A DNA stretch of 63,831 nt, counting the filler, from Folioceros fuciformis (Eukaryota), in the NCBI GenBank assembly GCA_049999805.1. It is 6 parts of 6 records of this genome, joined end to end, with 100 filler letters (N's around TTAATTAATTAA, not from the genome) between each part and the next. Parts side by side here need not be neighbours in the genome. Positions count along the whole stretch, not along the records: positions 42,730 to 56,424 come from JBNGIO010004127.1; positions 56,525 to 63,831 come from JBNGIO010004143.1; 4 more parts are not named here. One strand, written 5' to 3'. Under the pieces are notes generated by a model. That model did no database searches. It was not told the DNA's origin and was given only the letters and a program-made list of their open reading frames with translations. Each line of letters opens with the position of its first letter. The stretch's first letter is position 1. Both the position numbers and the translations under genes were made by a program. Of the stretch, positions 48,830 through 59,118 are shown one piece after another.

Positions 48830-50895
48830 ATGAAGCTGCCGGGGCATGGCAACAAGGGGAGGGGTAGGGTGCCCCTCAAGGCGGTGGCCAAGGTGGCGAG
48901 CGTGGCCGCTGGGGTGCAATTTGGATGGGCGCTGCAGCTGTCGCTGCTGACGCCGTACGTGCAGGAGCTAGGAATTCCGCACCAATGGGCCAGCTTCATC
49001 TGGCTGTGCGGCCCCATCTCCGGGCTGTTTGTGCAGCCCATCGTCGGGCACTACAGCGACCGCAGCGAGCACAAGTGGGGCAGGCGCAGGCCCTTCATCG
49101 CCGCCGGTGCCAGCTTGGTGGTGGTGGCGGTGCTCGTCATCGGCTTCTCGGCGGACCTCGGCCGCCTCTTCGGGGACACCCTCACCAACAAGACCGGCGC
49201 CATCATCGTCTTCGTCGTCGGCTTCTGGCTGCTGGACCTGGCCAATAACACGCTCCAAGGTCCCTGCCGTGCCCTCCTCGCCGATTTCACAGGTGGGTCA
49301 CGAGTTGTTTCTCTCATGCCAGCCTTGCTTTGAAGTTCGTTTCACCAACGTGCGGCAGGGGTGTTCGTCTGAATCTGTGTGCTGTGGATGGAAAATCAGG
49401 CAAGGACCAAAAGAGGAACCGGAGGGCAAATGCCTTCTTCTCCCTCTTCATGGCCGTGGGGAACATCCTGGGATTCGCCACCGGGGCCTACGAGAGTTGG
49501 TACAAGGTATTCCCCTTCACGCTCACTGACGCCTGCGACATCCCCTGCGCCAACCTCAAGTCAGCCTTCCTCATCGGCATCGTCCTGCTGGCCATCACCA
49601 CGCTGCTCAGCGTCACGGCTGCGTCAGAGGTTCCGTGGGTGAATCCCAACAAGAATTTGGACCCCGAGCCGCAGCCCAGCATCACTACTCCTTTACTGCC
49701 CGAGAAGGAGGAGACCACTGCCGGTGTGCACTTCGGTGAGGTGTCCCAGGTTTTGGTTGACGAAGGTGGCAAGGTGAACGGCACTGCGGCTGTACTGAGT
49801 GATATTAAGGAGCAGGATGAGGAGGAGGAGGACGATGTGGAGGAACCGGAGTCGGAAGCTTTGTTTTCGGAGATTGTGGGGGCACTGCGGGACCTCCCCC
49901 GCCCAATGTGGTATCTGCTGCTGGTGACTGCGCTCACCTGGTTTGCATGGTTCCCATTCCTGCTCTTCGACACGGACTGGATGGGTCGGGAGGTTTACAG
50001 AGGCGAGCCCACCGGGATGGAGGACGGGATTACTTCCCTCTATTACAGCGGGGTGCACATGGGGGCTTTCGGGCTCATGCTCAACTCGGTCGTCTTGGGG
50101 CTTACTTCTCTGGTGGTAGAGCCACTTTGCAGAAAGCTGGGGTCCAGCTACGTTTGGGCAGCAGCCAATGTCGTCATGACTCTGTGCTTGGGAAGCACTT
50201 GGTACATCACCAAGGCTGCGGTCAGGGCTTCCATTCATGGACCTGTTGAACCTCCTTATTCCGTCACTATTCCTGCTCTCATCTTCTTTACAATTCTTGG
50301 AGCGCCCTTGGCGGTAAGCTACAGTACAAATTCCTACTCGTTCTGCAAACTTGATTTTGAAAGTACTTGAAAACATTTGTTTTGACTGTCTGTCTGGGTC
50401 CAGATCACGTACAGCGTACCTTATGCTCTGACGGCAAGCCTGACCAGTAGCTCAGGAGGAGGACAAGGTATTATCTTCGCGAAAGTTGATTTTGGGATTA
50501 AATGGGCCGCTCTAAACCTGCTTAGTGTGTGGAAAGATTTGGATCTTGTTAACCAAATTCCGAACACGCCTTGCAGGATTGTCGATGGGTGTCTTGAATC
50601 TGGCTGTCGTCATTCCTCAAGTGAGTCTCTTTCCCTTGGAACTTTTCAGCATCACAAGGTTCTTAACGGTTAGTAGGACCTGATTGTTTAAACGGTTGTC
50701 GCACTACAGGTCATAGTCTCGGTTGGAGCAGGCCCCTGGGATGAGCTGTTTGGTGGTGGAAACCTTCCAGCATTTATGCTGGCTGCAGTTTCTGCATTCC
50801 TGGGTGCTGTGTGCGCCGTTTTCTTACTCCCCAAACCTCCCCCTGACTTCAGCGGAAACAGGATTCGGAGGACAAGAAGCTCTCCTATTCCCTAG
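48830..50895 (+). CDS. SUT4: Sucrose/H+ symporter, SUT4 (type III)-like, 5 exons
   Basis: [104 protein letters not shown]|..[11 protein letters not shown]. Confidence 0.93.
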
Positions 50896-51929
50896 GATTG
50901 TAGAACTGCCCAAGCTTGACGGAAAAATTGATTTACGGAAGTCCGAGAGTCGTAGATGAACAACCTTCATTTTGATGGATGCTATTTGATAAGACTTATC
51001 AACTTGTTGCGTGCCCGCACCTGTGTGTTGAGAGGTTGTTGACAGCTCCCCTAAATTGCGTGGAGAAGTCATCAGCATACTTCATTCTTCACCTATTGAT
51101 TTTTTTATTCAATCCACATACCTGTAGGTCTAGTGAGCCCTCTGCAGCTCTCCCAGTGTAGGGGAAGGCCTGGTAGCCGAGTCAGAGCCGGTGGTGATGA
51201 TGTATCCAGGCAGCTGCGTGATGCGATTACCATGCAGCATGACGGCAACTTCTAATAAAACAGAAGACAGGGAGGGAGTGGCCTGCGCTTCTCGTGTGAT
51301 GTGCGAGAAGAATGTTTTCCTGGCGTTTTAGTAGGTGTGTGAACACCTCCCTTTGATATCCTGGAGCCCCTTGAATGCTATGGGGTTGGCTTGTTCAAGG
51401 CATGCACCGCTGACGTTCGTGCTGTGCCTGCCCGAATAAAATAACTTTTGATCAGCATGTCTTCCGACTTGTAAACCTCGGCGTCTACCCTGGCCTGTTC
51501 CTTTCGGAAAATGCTTGACATGTACAACTTGCTCGACTCTCGACATGCATATCCTTCCCCAGTTCATGACCCAGAGTAACCACTTGGTGTCCAGCCTGCA
51601 AGGGCTTGCATGCAGGCCAGTGACCACGTCCTCAGAAACATCATGCTTCCTCTCTGCCTAGGCTGCAAAGCCAACCCCATTTTCCGCCGATAGTTTCTCC
51701 AGTTTTTGTCGAAGGGGCTACACTATTCGCTCGCTCTGAAAGATATGCAGCATCATGTGAGGAGCACACAGGTACAGTCACGCGCACAGAGATGGACAGC
51801 TCAGGACTCTGCATGGTATCTACAGCGTGTGCGCCTGGAGTTCAGTGACGATCTCTTTACTTTGGTCTCAAGATTGTACATGAGTACAGGAAAAGAATAC
51901 CTGGTGACAGAAAAAGAATACCTGATGGT

Positions 51930-52210
51930 TTGGTACAGGAGATGGGCCGGCTGTCGGGTTTGATACTATGTTACAGTAGTTCCACAAACAGAAACCCTAA
52001 ACGAAACACACCATTCCCGACCATCTGCTCCCTAGCTGAAGAATGCACGCGCCGCCCCACTCCAGCTGCAATTACATCTGCTACGCGACCCTAACCCGAT
52101 TTTTCCAGCAGAACACCAGCAGCGCTCACCAGCACCACCTTGGCTTGGCTAGACTTAAACAGCTTAACGGCATACACACTTCGGTCACCGATCAAATTCA
52201 ACAGCGATCC
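51930..52210. repeat. Diverged, rearranged partial copy of the GILP 5' region
   Basis: 51967-52210 is similar in the same orientation to 47720-47960. 51932-51958 is an inverted copy (23/27) of the GILP start region. Confidence 0.75.
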
Positions 52211-52895
52211 TGTCCCCGGGCTTGGTTTTCCTCTTTCATGTATTGTAATATATATTCGGCAGAGCGTTTCCATTGCCCGGCGCTATTGGTAGTCATTAGG
52301 TTTTTGGACTTAACCCTTAATGTCCTTGTCATCAAAATTTATCTCTCTACGGGTAGATGATATTCCCATAAAATAAATAAGAAGGGATTAGCCCCTCGTG
52401 TCCTTGTCATGGTTATCTCTCCCTAAGGATAGATAGTTTTCCCATAAAATAAATAAGAAATATTCTCCTTAATTCCAAGGGAACGAAGTTTGTAGGAGAA
52501 GAAGTTCTCCTATTGATTACAATTGGATTAATTTGGAGAAAAAACTATTTATAAAATAAGAAGTTCACCTTTGTTTATAATTAGTTATTATTTTCCGGTT
52601 AAAAATTAATTATTTCCCCTCTTGGAAAACTATTTTTTTTAATTGGAAGACTTAATTACTAATAAAGTTCCAAATTAAATATTAACCGCCTTTATATTTC
52701 ATCTATTAAGGTATATTAACTTTACATCTAAACCTTATTTGATGGAAAAATGATGCGCAGATCCCCTAAAAGGACAATTAAAGAAGAATAAATATGTTTG
52801 TTGAGCTCTTCAAAAATTACCATCATAATTATCTTATTTTATTCTTTACCTATAACTCTTTTGTTCAACCCATATATCTGTCTGAGAAACTGTAT

Positions 52896-55800
52896 TTAGA
52901 CTTGGTTCACATGCACCTGAACCCACTTTATTGTGTTGTTGTTTAGGCGAAGATGCGACATATATCCTAGTTTGTTCCTTTTCGATAATACCTGATTCGG
53001 CCTTCCTCGACTTTCGAGGATTGTCTCATCCCCAGCCAGGAAACTGTGCACTGTTCCTTCCTTGTCCGTCCACCAACTCTGACCTGGCTGCTTCCATGGC
53101 CTCATGCTTTTTCTCCTCGTCTGAAATTCCCATGCCCGCTCCCACATCTGGGCACTGGTGTATATGTTCGACATCAATACATATGCTACAGGATCTTTCT
53201 TATCTATTTTCACAGCTTCAGTGAAAGCCTCGTGTCCCACCTCCACATTGCTCCACTTCCGACAAGCACCCAACAGGGCGCACCAAACTGCAGCATTTGG
53301 CGATACAGGCATTGACCTTACCAAACCTAGAGCCTCATCTAGTTGTCCAGCTCGGCCCAGTAAGTCCACCATGCATGTGTAGTGGTCCTGGGTGGGACTG
53401 ATGCCGAACTGTCTGCTCATGGCATCGAAGTACTCCCACCCTTGCTTCACTAGGCCCGCGTGACTACACACAGTCAGTACACTGAGGAAAGTAATGCCGT
53501 CTGGCTGTACGCCATCCTCTCTCATTCTTTCGAACAAGCCAAATACTACTTCGCTCTCTCCCTGGTACGAGTAGCCTGCTATCAGTGCACTCCAGGCGAT
53601 GACGGTTCTTTCAGGCATAGCATCGAACACCTGTTGTGCAGCAACCATGCTCCCCGACTTGCTGTACATGTTAATCAAACTGCCTGCTAGAAACAAATCG
53701 GCTTGGAGTCCTTGTTCCACAATCTGCAAATGTAGCTGCTTTCCCAGGTACAGAGCTGCCACATTTGCACATGCTTGCAGGAGGCACACGAATGTAACTG
53801 AATCGGGTGAAGCCATCCCTTCTTCTACCATCGTTCTGTAGAGACGAAGGGCTTCCTGCCCCATGCCCTGCTTAGAATACCCTGCTATCATGGCATTCCA
53901 CGTCACAACATCTTTGCAACTGAGTTGATCAAACAGTCTCTGAGCGTGTTCCAAGCTGCCGCACTTGACATACATGCTCACCAAACTGTTGGAGACAACC
54001 CCATCAGCTTCATGCCCCTGTTCTCTAATCTGCATATGAAGCCGCTTCCCCAACTCCAGCGCTGCAATACCCACACTGGCACATGCCTGCAGGAGGCACA
54101 CAAACGTTACCGGATCGGGTGCAGCCATGCCATCTTCGTGCATAGCCCTGTAGAGACAAAGTGCTTCCTGCCCCATGCCCTGCTGGGAATACCCTGCTAT
54201 CATAGCTGTCCAGGTCACCACATCTTTGCGACAGAGTCCATCAAACACTCGCTGCGCATCTTCCAAATTGCCACACTTTGCATACATGTTCATTAAACTG
54301 CTAGCTACAAAAGCATCAGCCTCATGGCCCTGCTCTCTAATCTGCATATGGAGCTGCTTCCCTGTGGCCAATGCCAGGGAGCCAACACTTGCACACGCCT
54401 GCAAGAGGCAAACAAATGTGACGCAATTGGGAACAGCCTTTCCATCCTGTCGCATCGCACTGTAGAGGCGAAGGGCCTTCTGCCCCATGCCTTTCTGCGC
54501 ATATCCTGCTATCATGGCGGTCCATGTCACCTCGTTCTTTTGACCAAGTCCGTCAAACACTCTCTGAGCTTCATCCAGGCTGCCGCACTTTGCATACATG
54601 TTCACCAAACTGCTGGCTACAAACACATCAGCTTCATGTCCTCGATCTCTGATCTCGTTGTGCAGCTGTTTCCCCTGTTCTAATGCTAGGGCGCCGACAC
54701 TTGCACATGCCTGCAGGAGGCAGACAAATGTAAAGCAATTGGGTACAGCCATCCCTTCTTCCTGCATCGCAATGTAGAGCTGGAGGGCTTCTTGCGCCAT
54801 TCCATGCTGGGAATACCCTGCTATCAAGGACGTCCAAGTTACCACATTTTTGTCACCAAGACGGTCAAATACACCCTGAGCATTCTCCAAGCTGCCACAC
54901 TTTGCATACATATCCACCAAGCAAGAACCAACGAACAAATCAAGCTCGACGCCACAGGCCAACGCATCCGCATGCACCTGCTGCCCAGTTTGCATGTCTG
55001 ATCCCCGTGCGCAAGCCTGAAGGGCTGCCACAAACACATGGCCATCTGGCTTCACTCTGGACCTTCTCATCCGGTGATACAGTTGTATGGCCTGCCTGTC
55101 TTGTCCGTGTTTAACATGCGCAGAGATGATGGCCGACCACGTGAACGCATCTGGTTGGGCCACCGTTTCAAACACATCCATGGCGTCTCGCAACCTGCCA
55201 TGAGAAGCATACATACGCAGGATATGGTTGCACAGGACCGTGTCTGACTGGTACCCCTTGTGTACACTCAAAGCGTGAATGCGGCTACCCAGGGCAAGAT
55301 CCCTCTTCACTGCACACTGCCTCAGGACAGTACACAAGAGAGACTTGGACACACAGCGCTCTGTCTGCACCAGCCACTCCAAGGCTTCAACAGCCTCAAT
55401 CAGACAACCCTGGTGGCACAGCTTGCTCACGGTCTCAGCAGTGACGCCCCCACCGTAGCCCCGGCGACGAGTACGATCATCCGGCGAGTTCCTGTCGGAG
55501 GCACCAGGACATATTCCCATTTCCATTTCCACACCCAGAGCGGGAAGCTGTACAAAGACCCGAGCTGGCTGGTAGAAATTGTTTAACCAGAGGACCTCCC
55601 GGGCCTGCCTGCACTCGAAGTCAGGCGACACGAGGCTCTTTCTTCTGTGCCTGCCATCCCAGCAGAATGCAAGGTGCCGAAACAGTTGTCGACACCGTTT
55701 CTCGCAACCACGACCATCGCTAGAAGATGCAATTCGACCAGCTGGATTTGTTGCAGCAGAGCAACACCTCCCGAACTGGTTGTGCGCCAATGGAACACCC

Positions 55801-55901
55801 GTTAGCCCGCCATTTTCCTGAGTCCAAAAAATGCATCCGGACAAGGTGTTGTTCCGTGACTCAACCGCAAGGCTCCAACCAGCCATGCCTCGCAGGAGCA
55901 C
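52896..55901 (-). CDS. PLS-class PPR RNA-editing factor with E domains and PG box; DYW deaminase truncated; intronless
   Basis: Repeated P-L-S triplets, HYTCMVDLLGRAG..VWCALLGAC (E1), AYVLMSNIY (E2), KQPGQSWWTD..VHSFLAGD. No HxE, CxxC or DYW follows. The start is uncertain. Confidence 0.93.
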   Translation of the reverse strand: MLLRGMAGWSLAVESRNNTLSGCIFWTQENGGLTGVPLAHNQFGRCCSAATNPAGRIASSSDGRGCEKRCRQLFRHLAFCWDGRHRRKSLVSPDFECRQAREVLWLNNFYQPARVFVQLPALGVEMEMGICPGASDRNSPDDRTRRRGYGGGVTAETVSKLCHQGCLIEAVEALEWLVQTERCVSKSLLCTVLRQCAVKRDLALGSRIHALSVHKGYQSDTVLCNHILRMYASHGRLRDAMDVFETVAQPDAFTWSAIISAHVKHGQDRQAIQLYHRMRRSRVKPDGHVFVAALQACARGSDMQTGQQVHADALACGVELDLFVGSCLVDMYAKCGSLENAQGVFDRLGDKNVVTWTSLIAGYSQHGMAQEALQLYIAMQEEGMAVPNCFTFVCLLQACASVGALALEQGKQLHNEIRDRGHEADVFVASSLVNMYAKCGSLDEAQRVFDGLGQKNEVTWTAMIAGYAQKGMGQKALRLYSAMRQDGKAVPNCVTFVCLLQACASVGSLALATGKQLHMQIREQGHEADAFVASSLMNMYAKCGNLEDAQRVFDGLCRKDVVTWTAMIAGYSQQGMGQEALCLYRAMHEDGMAAPDPVTFVCLLQACASVGIAALELGKRLHMQIREQGHEADGVVSNSLVSMYVKCGSLEHAQRLFDQLSCKDVVTWNAMIAGYSKQGMGQEALRLYRTMVEEGMASPDSVTFVCLLQACANVAALYLGKQLHLQIVEQGLQADLFLAGSLINMYSKSGSMVAAQQVFDAMPERTVIAWSALIAGYSYQGESEVVFGLFERMREDGVQPDGITFLSVLTVCSHAGLVKQGWEYFDAMSRQFGISPTQDHYTCMVDLLGRAGQLDEALGLVRSMPVSPNAAVWCALLGACRKWSNVEVGHEAFTEAVKIDKKDPVAYVLMSNIYTSAQMWERAWEFQTRRKSMRPWKQPGQSWWTDKEGTVHSFLAGDETILESRGRPNQVLSKRNKLGYMSHLRLNNNTIKWVQVHVNQV

Positions 55902-56424
55902 GCCCGCAGCCTATCCATGTCGCCGCATCAAACCGGATGCGCTCTATGTACCTGAGTTAGCGCGCAGTGCACGATCGATCATTCGAAACAGATGAACAAA
56001 CGGAGCAAAAGACAACTCGGATGCCGTTTGCGCCTGCTTGTCCTCCAGTTGGGCTAGCCAAAAACTGTTCTACCTATATACGTAAATAGTTTCAATATAA
56101 AAGTTTAACCAAATTTGTTCCTCGAATCTAAAACCATCTACAAATAATTTATATAATTTGAATATTTATTTAAAATGTTAAATAGAATAACTTATTCACA
56201 TTATCAATAAACATAGTTCAAATTCCTTGAAAAAATACATACAATAAAACTTATTTTCAGAGTTTGATATAAAATAAACTTGATATTTTAGATAAATTAT
56301 TATATATATTCATATATAGAGGAATAAAAGGTGATTATTTGTTTTATTTTATTTTTATTTTTATTTTTATTTAAATTATTGTACAGTGATTTATATAATT
56401 ATTGTGTATATTTAAGTCCCATGA

Positions 56425-56524
56425 NNNNNNNNNNNNNNNNNNNNNNNNNNNNNNNNNNNNNNNNNNNNTTAATTAATTAANNNNNNNNNNNNNNNNNNNN
56501 NNNNNNNNNNNNNNNNNNNNNNNN
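56425..56524. other. Artificial scaffold spacer
   Basis: 44 N + ttaattaattaa + 44 N. Confidence 0.97.
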
Positions 56525-56982
56525 GTCCAGCCCCAGCCTAGGCCTAGCCTTGGACCGCAAACCAACTCAGCATCGCCTTGGCCCTTGACCTTAGGCCACA
56601 GGCCAGCTCGACATTGCCCTAGCTTGAGCCCCTGACCTAGAGCTATAGATAGCTTAGCAGCATCTTGGCCCACAGCCAGCAGCCGAAGCTGTGCAATTTG
56701 TACATATTCTTACACAAAGAAGTACTAGCCAAATATGTTGGTTTGGAGGATGCCTTATTGATCGAGACACATTTCTACTCTAGTTTTCAAAAAAATAATT
56801 GCTTGGCAAGTTTGTGAATGATCCTCAAAGACCCATGTAGAATCTCCATAAAGTAAAGTCTTTTAGTTTATAAATGACGGTGATAGAACTATGTTTTTAT
56901 AAAGATACGTTAGAGCAAGTTTATTTAAAGTGGAGTGTTTCTAGAAAGAGGAGCCTATTTATCCTCCTTAGAGGAGCTTATT

Positions 56983-57073
56983 GGATAGACTCATGCTATG
57001 TTGCCTGACCTTGTTCGATAGACTCATGCTATGTTGCCTAACCTTATTTGATAGACTAATGCTATGTTGCCTG
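56983..57073. repeat. 33-bp tandem repeat, 3 copies
   Basis: gatagactcatgctatgttgcct.. Confidence 0.8.
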
Positions 57074-57344
57074 CTTTTGAGTGACATCAAGTGTTGTCAT
57101 AGTGGCAAAGCTTGCCTTAGGAAGCTTTATGCTAACTTGAGAGCTTCGTTTGGTGGGAGACCTAACATAACTTTTTGTAGCAAGCACGCCATTGGTTATT
57201 TGCTTCAATCCTTGTTGCAAGGTTGGTGTCCTTAACGTGGATTCTATAAGATAGCAGTGAAAGTCCCCATTGTGCCATGTTCAAGTATCTACCTTTCACA
57301 TATTATCCAATCCAAGGTATCACAATAGGTGTTTGCACCCTAGT

Positions 57345-57682
57345 AGGCCCTACCTACATCACATTCAATTTGAAGAAGTAAGCCTTGCCTACATCACATT
57401 CAATTCGCAAAAGTAGGCCTTGTCAGAAGTAGGGCTTGCCTACATCACATTCAATTTGCAGAAGTAGGACTTGCCTACATCACGTTCAATTTGTAGAAGT
57501 AGGGCTTGCCTACATCACATTCAATTTGTAGAAGTAGGGCCTGCCTATATCACATTCAATTCGCAGAAGCCCTTGCCTTCATCATATTCACTTAAAGAAG
57601 CCCTCGCCTACATCACATTCACTTGAAGAAGCCCTCGCCTACATTACCTTCGCTACAGAAGCCTTGCCTAGATCACATTCTT
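57345..57682. repeat. ~35-bp minisatellite, about 9-10 degenerate copies
   Basis: gaagtagggcttgcctacatcacattcaatttg. Confidence 0.85.
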
Positions 57683-59118
57683 CAATAAGTGACCATCATA
57701 AAAGACTAACACCCTTTAGATCTTAAGCAATACTTACAATAGATTGCAAAATATTATTTATTAGATTAGATTAGATATCCTATAGTCACAGATTCTATAG
57801 CGAAACTTGTCACATCATCCAAGATATATATATATTCCAGTCATACATACATGTCATATCATCCAAGATATATATATATTCTAGTCATACATACATTTGT
57901 GTTGTAATCTGACTATAAGGCTCGACGTGGTTGTATATTTGCAGGACANNNNNNNNNNTAAGGCTCGACGTGGTTGTATATTTGCAGGACAAACTACCAC
58001 AATGCGAAGGAAGTTCGACAGAGTTTTGAAGATATGCGATGCCTGTTACAATAGTGACGCTGCAGTGTTGCCGTAAGCCACAACTTGAAATCCTTGCTAG
58101 TGAGTTGCCCATCTTGGGATGACTTGTCCATCAATGTGCAACTGCATTCTACGAGTGCCAGATCTTTTGTATGAGATGCGTGTGCTGGCCATCAGGAATT
58201 CCTCGTCTACCCCGTCACATAACCTACCAAAGGCAATCCCAGGAGTGAGTGTGAGGTTGAGCATTGCAGCAGGAATGGATTGGAGTTTTTCGCGTGGTGA
58301 AGTGCATCTGTATCTGTGCCCATGGTTAACTGCGGACCTCTGCCCGCTTGGGAGTTGGAGCTGGTCTGCAAACACGCTCCCGGAGTAATGCATGATAGCT
58401 GAAGAGGTATGCAGTGTCAGGGTCACGTTCTCATCGGCTGGACCTGTAAACACCGTGGTGCATCAATGTGACTATTAGTGCTGCATGATATAAAAAATAT
58501 CCGATATATCAGCAGTTGCGTGCAACAGCATCATACCTCCATGGTTCCAAACTTCCAGTTGAGCAAGGCCGTGGCTTGTCTACAAAAATGAGTAGCGGCT
58601 GAATATGACTGGACTCGACCTGCACCTTCTGTTTGCTCATTAGAGCAACTACCCTCCTCCGCATAGATCACTCTCTCACCATCGTCCACAGCTTTACATG
58701 TGCATCTGCAGGCAACCACTGTTGCAGTTTTGAGGTTCCGAGCTCCCAGAGTCAGGGGCTTACTGCATGTCTGGAAAATCATATCGCATTTTCTGAGGAG
58801 GGAAGGAAACCTGATTTGTTGCTTGGCGCTGCTGCTCTGTCCATATACCACCTGGTCACGCCAGGCAGCAACATTGCCACCCGCGCGCACTTCAAGCCAC
58901 ACCAGGTGCGATCGTCAAAATCATCGTCGAGGACTCGGTGAAGAGCTTGCAAGCCCACCTGTGAGCGTAATTGTCCAAACCCTATTTCTCGCGGGTTACA
59001 CCAACTTAAGCCCCACTTTCCGGGTGGACGCTTCCCAAGCGTAGTGGCGCAAAACACGGTAGTCCGCAACGGTCGAGTCCAGTCAAATCCAGCTGCCCAG
59101 ATCCGGGTGGTGCTGAGG

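Noticed and set aside
51190-51250. C/D snoRNA suggested by GTGATGA
   Set aside because: No appropriately placed CTGA D box or terminal stem
51300-51900. Displaced remainder of the DYW domain beyond the AT-rich block
   Set aside because: I found no HSE, CxxCH or DYW motifs on the minus strand
58097-58902. Two minus-strand ORFs upstream of the ART gene as a partner gene (for example an antitoxin or hydrolase)
   Set aside because: No recognisable macrodomain, NADAR or ARH motifs and no convincing gene structure
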